Of a stretch of 64,000 nucleotides of DNA, positions 61,556-64,000 are shown piece after piece. Each line of letters begins with the position of its first letter. The first letter of the stretch is position 1. The notes below the pieces were generated by a model. It was given only the letters and a program-made list of their open reading frames with translations. It searched no databases and had not been told where the DNA came from. Source of the stretch: Podarcis pityusensis (lineage: Eukaryota); assembly GCA_964106645.2 (NCBI GenBank), contig OZ067046.1; one strand, 5' to 3'. The position numbers were made by a program, and so were the translations under genes.

Positions 61556-64000
61556 GAGGGTGAGAATTCTAATAAATCACTCAGTTTGAAGCTGTCTGTT
61601 ATTTGCTACTAGATGCTGAATGGCATGTTAGCAGTATCATGAATGAATAAATATTTCTACATTTAACACAAAGTACATTTTGCACATGTGATTATAATTT
61701 AAATGCTCTTTCTGACAGATGGCACAAAAGGATAAATTAAGGGCCAGTTGATAAATTGTCATATGACCACTTCAGCATGTGAGGGTTGTTATTGAGAAGC
61801 TTGATTCAGCTGCAATTCTATGTGTGCCTAGGAATTATGTATCTGCTTTGGCTTTCCTTTGAGCAATGAGTGCAGTGCCATTGCAAAGGATTAGAAAAAG
61901 GTATTTTCCCACAGTAGCAACTGTGCATGGAATTGAATACTACAATGTAAGTACAAACCTCATTAGTCCCCAGATTCTTTGCCATATCTAATGCAAGTAT
62001 ATATACCCTTATTTGGTCCTGAGGCATCAGGTATCTTCCACCAGTAATTAGATTAAGTCTAAGGGTATGTTCACATTACCATTTACAGTGGCTCCAGCAC
62101 ACTCCCACTGCTGGTTTTTAAAGCCAGGTTCACATTATATTAGCCACAATCCTTTTGTTTCCTGTAGCTTTTAGAGAAATACTCCTCGCTGATGCACTTT
62201 AACCCAGCTTCTGTGTTATTTGAAAATGGAAGCTGTGATTATGGTGTAGAGGGAACAATTTGGGCAGCTTTTGTGCATGCACAGATGAAGGTATGCGCAT
62301 AGATGAAAGCTTCACTGAATTGGAGTTCAGTGCAGGGAAGGAAATTATTGGCTGAAGACATCCCTGCCCACACTCTGGTGTGAATAGCAGTGGAAGAAAC
62401 TTGGAAATGCAATGTTTCAAGCTGCTAAAGGAACAAACTCGATAAGTTTACTTTTCCTGGGAATCACACCACCTTTCCCCACAAGGAAAAGTAACACTTT
62501 CTTCCTTTTTACTGCCAGTCCCTTCTTTGTTTATAACATGGATCTGTTGACCCAGCCCTTCCCCTTGCTTTTTTTTTTGTTATTCCTTTCTGTAGTACCT
62601 CCTTTCTCTCCCGCTTGAGTCTAAGAGGACCTCTTGCCTCTCTTAGTCCTATATCTTTAGGGGTGTCCTTGGATACTTTTGCCAGCTCCCAGCATTCTCA
62701 CAAGCTGTTTTCTGCAAGATTCATCCCCCAAAACCATAGATGACTATGAAAAAACTCACTAATATATCTGAGAGTCAGCATGGGCAAATCTCTTCCTGCA
62801 CCATCACATGCTGAAATAATCATGAACATAGGCCCTGGGCATGTGGGTTGTATGGTGTACTGGTGTTCAATATACAGTACTTATTTGGCTTAAGCCATCA
62901 GCTCTCTCTTTTTCTCTGTCTCTCTTTGTGTTTGTGCATGGAGTGAATGTGTACAAGCCACAGATCAGCAGACACAATTGCTGCAAACTGCCCTTACATG
63001 TTTTAGGGGAAGCGAGTTTACAATGTGCATCTTTTGTTTGGTCTGGCTAATGGTGGCTCTTTTACCTGCAAAACAAGGCCAGGAGAGCCTTTGTGGGGCA
63101 TCTCTGCAATACCACCTCATTATTCTACCCTTCCTTTTCCTGTGGGGCTTGGGGCAGTCTGGTTGCAGTGCAAAGCCAAAACTAAGGGAAAGCAAAAGTT
63201 GCTCTGCAGCAGCTACTTTACAGTGGGATGGGCAAACTGGCTCTCTGCTATCACTGATCTATAGCAGGCTGGTCACCTGGAGAATATACACTATCCAGAG
63301 CAGCTTCAGAAGGATGATGTAGGAAATAAGAACACCTAGTTAGTGCATGGCTGGGGTGAGCATTGAACTGTGGATGTCCTAGCTCATAGTTACAGCCACT
63401 AGACTATTTCAATACCTTTTAATTGCTTGCAGATGTGTACAACTATATATGAGTCCAAGGACAAAAGTGTACCTCTGAACTGGATTCCTTATCAAATTTC
63501 ATCTCTTGGGGGGGGGGAGTATCTCTTTCTCTGGGTGATTAAAAGACTACCCCCCCACAAAACCAGACAAATGGTGAATAGCTTAGTTAGTAGTTCCTAC
63601 AGCTGAATTTATGAAGAGCACTGTGAAATTGGAGCAAAGCTGCAGAGATATGATAGCAGAGAATGCAGAATAAGAGAATCCCATCTCTGAAAGTAATATC
63701 CTTGTAAATAGGATGTTATTTTCCACCATTATTGCCACGGAATGGAAATGCTGTATTGAGCAAATTGTCCCATATGTTGAAAAATAATCTATCCAAAGGA
63801 ATGGAAGAGAGGCATAAGCTGCCATTCGTTCAGACCATTTACCACCTACCTGTGATATTCTTTGTGTTTTTATGTTCACACAAAAACTTGTAAGAAAGAC
63901 AGCTCTAGCACTTTCATCACAAATTGCTGGTACTCTGGATATGTCAGGGACATAGCCCACTTTTAAATCCACCTTGAATTGTAATCATTCTCATTTTTGC

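Larger units (their letters stand above)
39058..64000 (+). other. COL25A1 intron, continuing beyond the window
   Basis: No Gly-X-Y exon (expected GPPGKRGKRGRRGE-like) found by eye downstream; repeat-rich AT-rich sequence. Confidence 0.75.

Overview
Vertebrate genomic DNA, most likely a lacertid lizard, judged from Sauria-type SINEs with (ACCTTT)n tails, tRNA/CR1 and Squam3-like SINEs, and squamate-type L2, RTE, hAT and Tc1/mariner-pogo MITEs. The first ~36 kb is intergenic and transposon-rich. A CpG-island promoter at ~36.3-37.5 kb precedes the first two coding exons of the transmembrane collagen gene COL25A1 (+ strand, 37165-37491 and 38988-39057). The rest of the window is intron with no further collagen exon. 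Most of the supplied ORF track is noise. The most unusual signal is a set of solo-LTR-like elements (TG...CA ends, exact 5-bp target-site duplications) from several families with no visible DNA similarity. Their reading frames begin at nucleotide 5 and encode a small disordered protein: acidic N-terminus, Pro/Ser-Pro hinge, Arg-rich tail. One copy is intact (129 aa, 3874-4263, minus strand) and contains RRSARL, six residues of the HMGN nucleosome-binding motif RRSARLSA. This suggests LTR(U3)-encoded chromatin-binding microproteins. All calls were made by eye; no searches were run.
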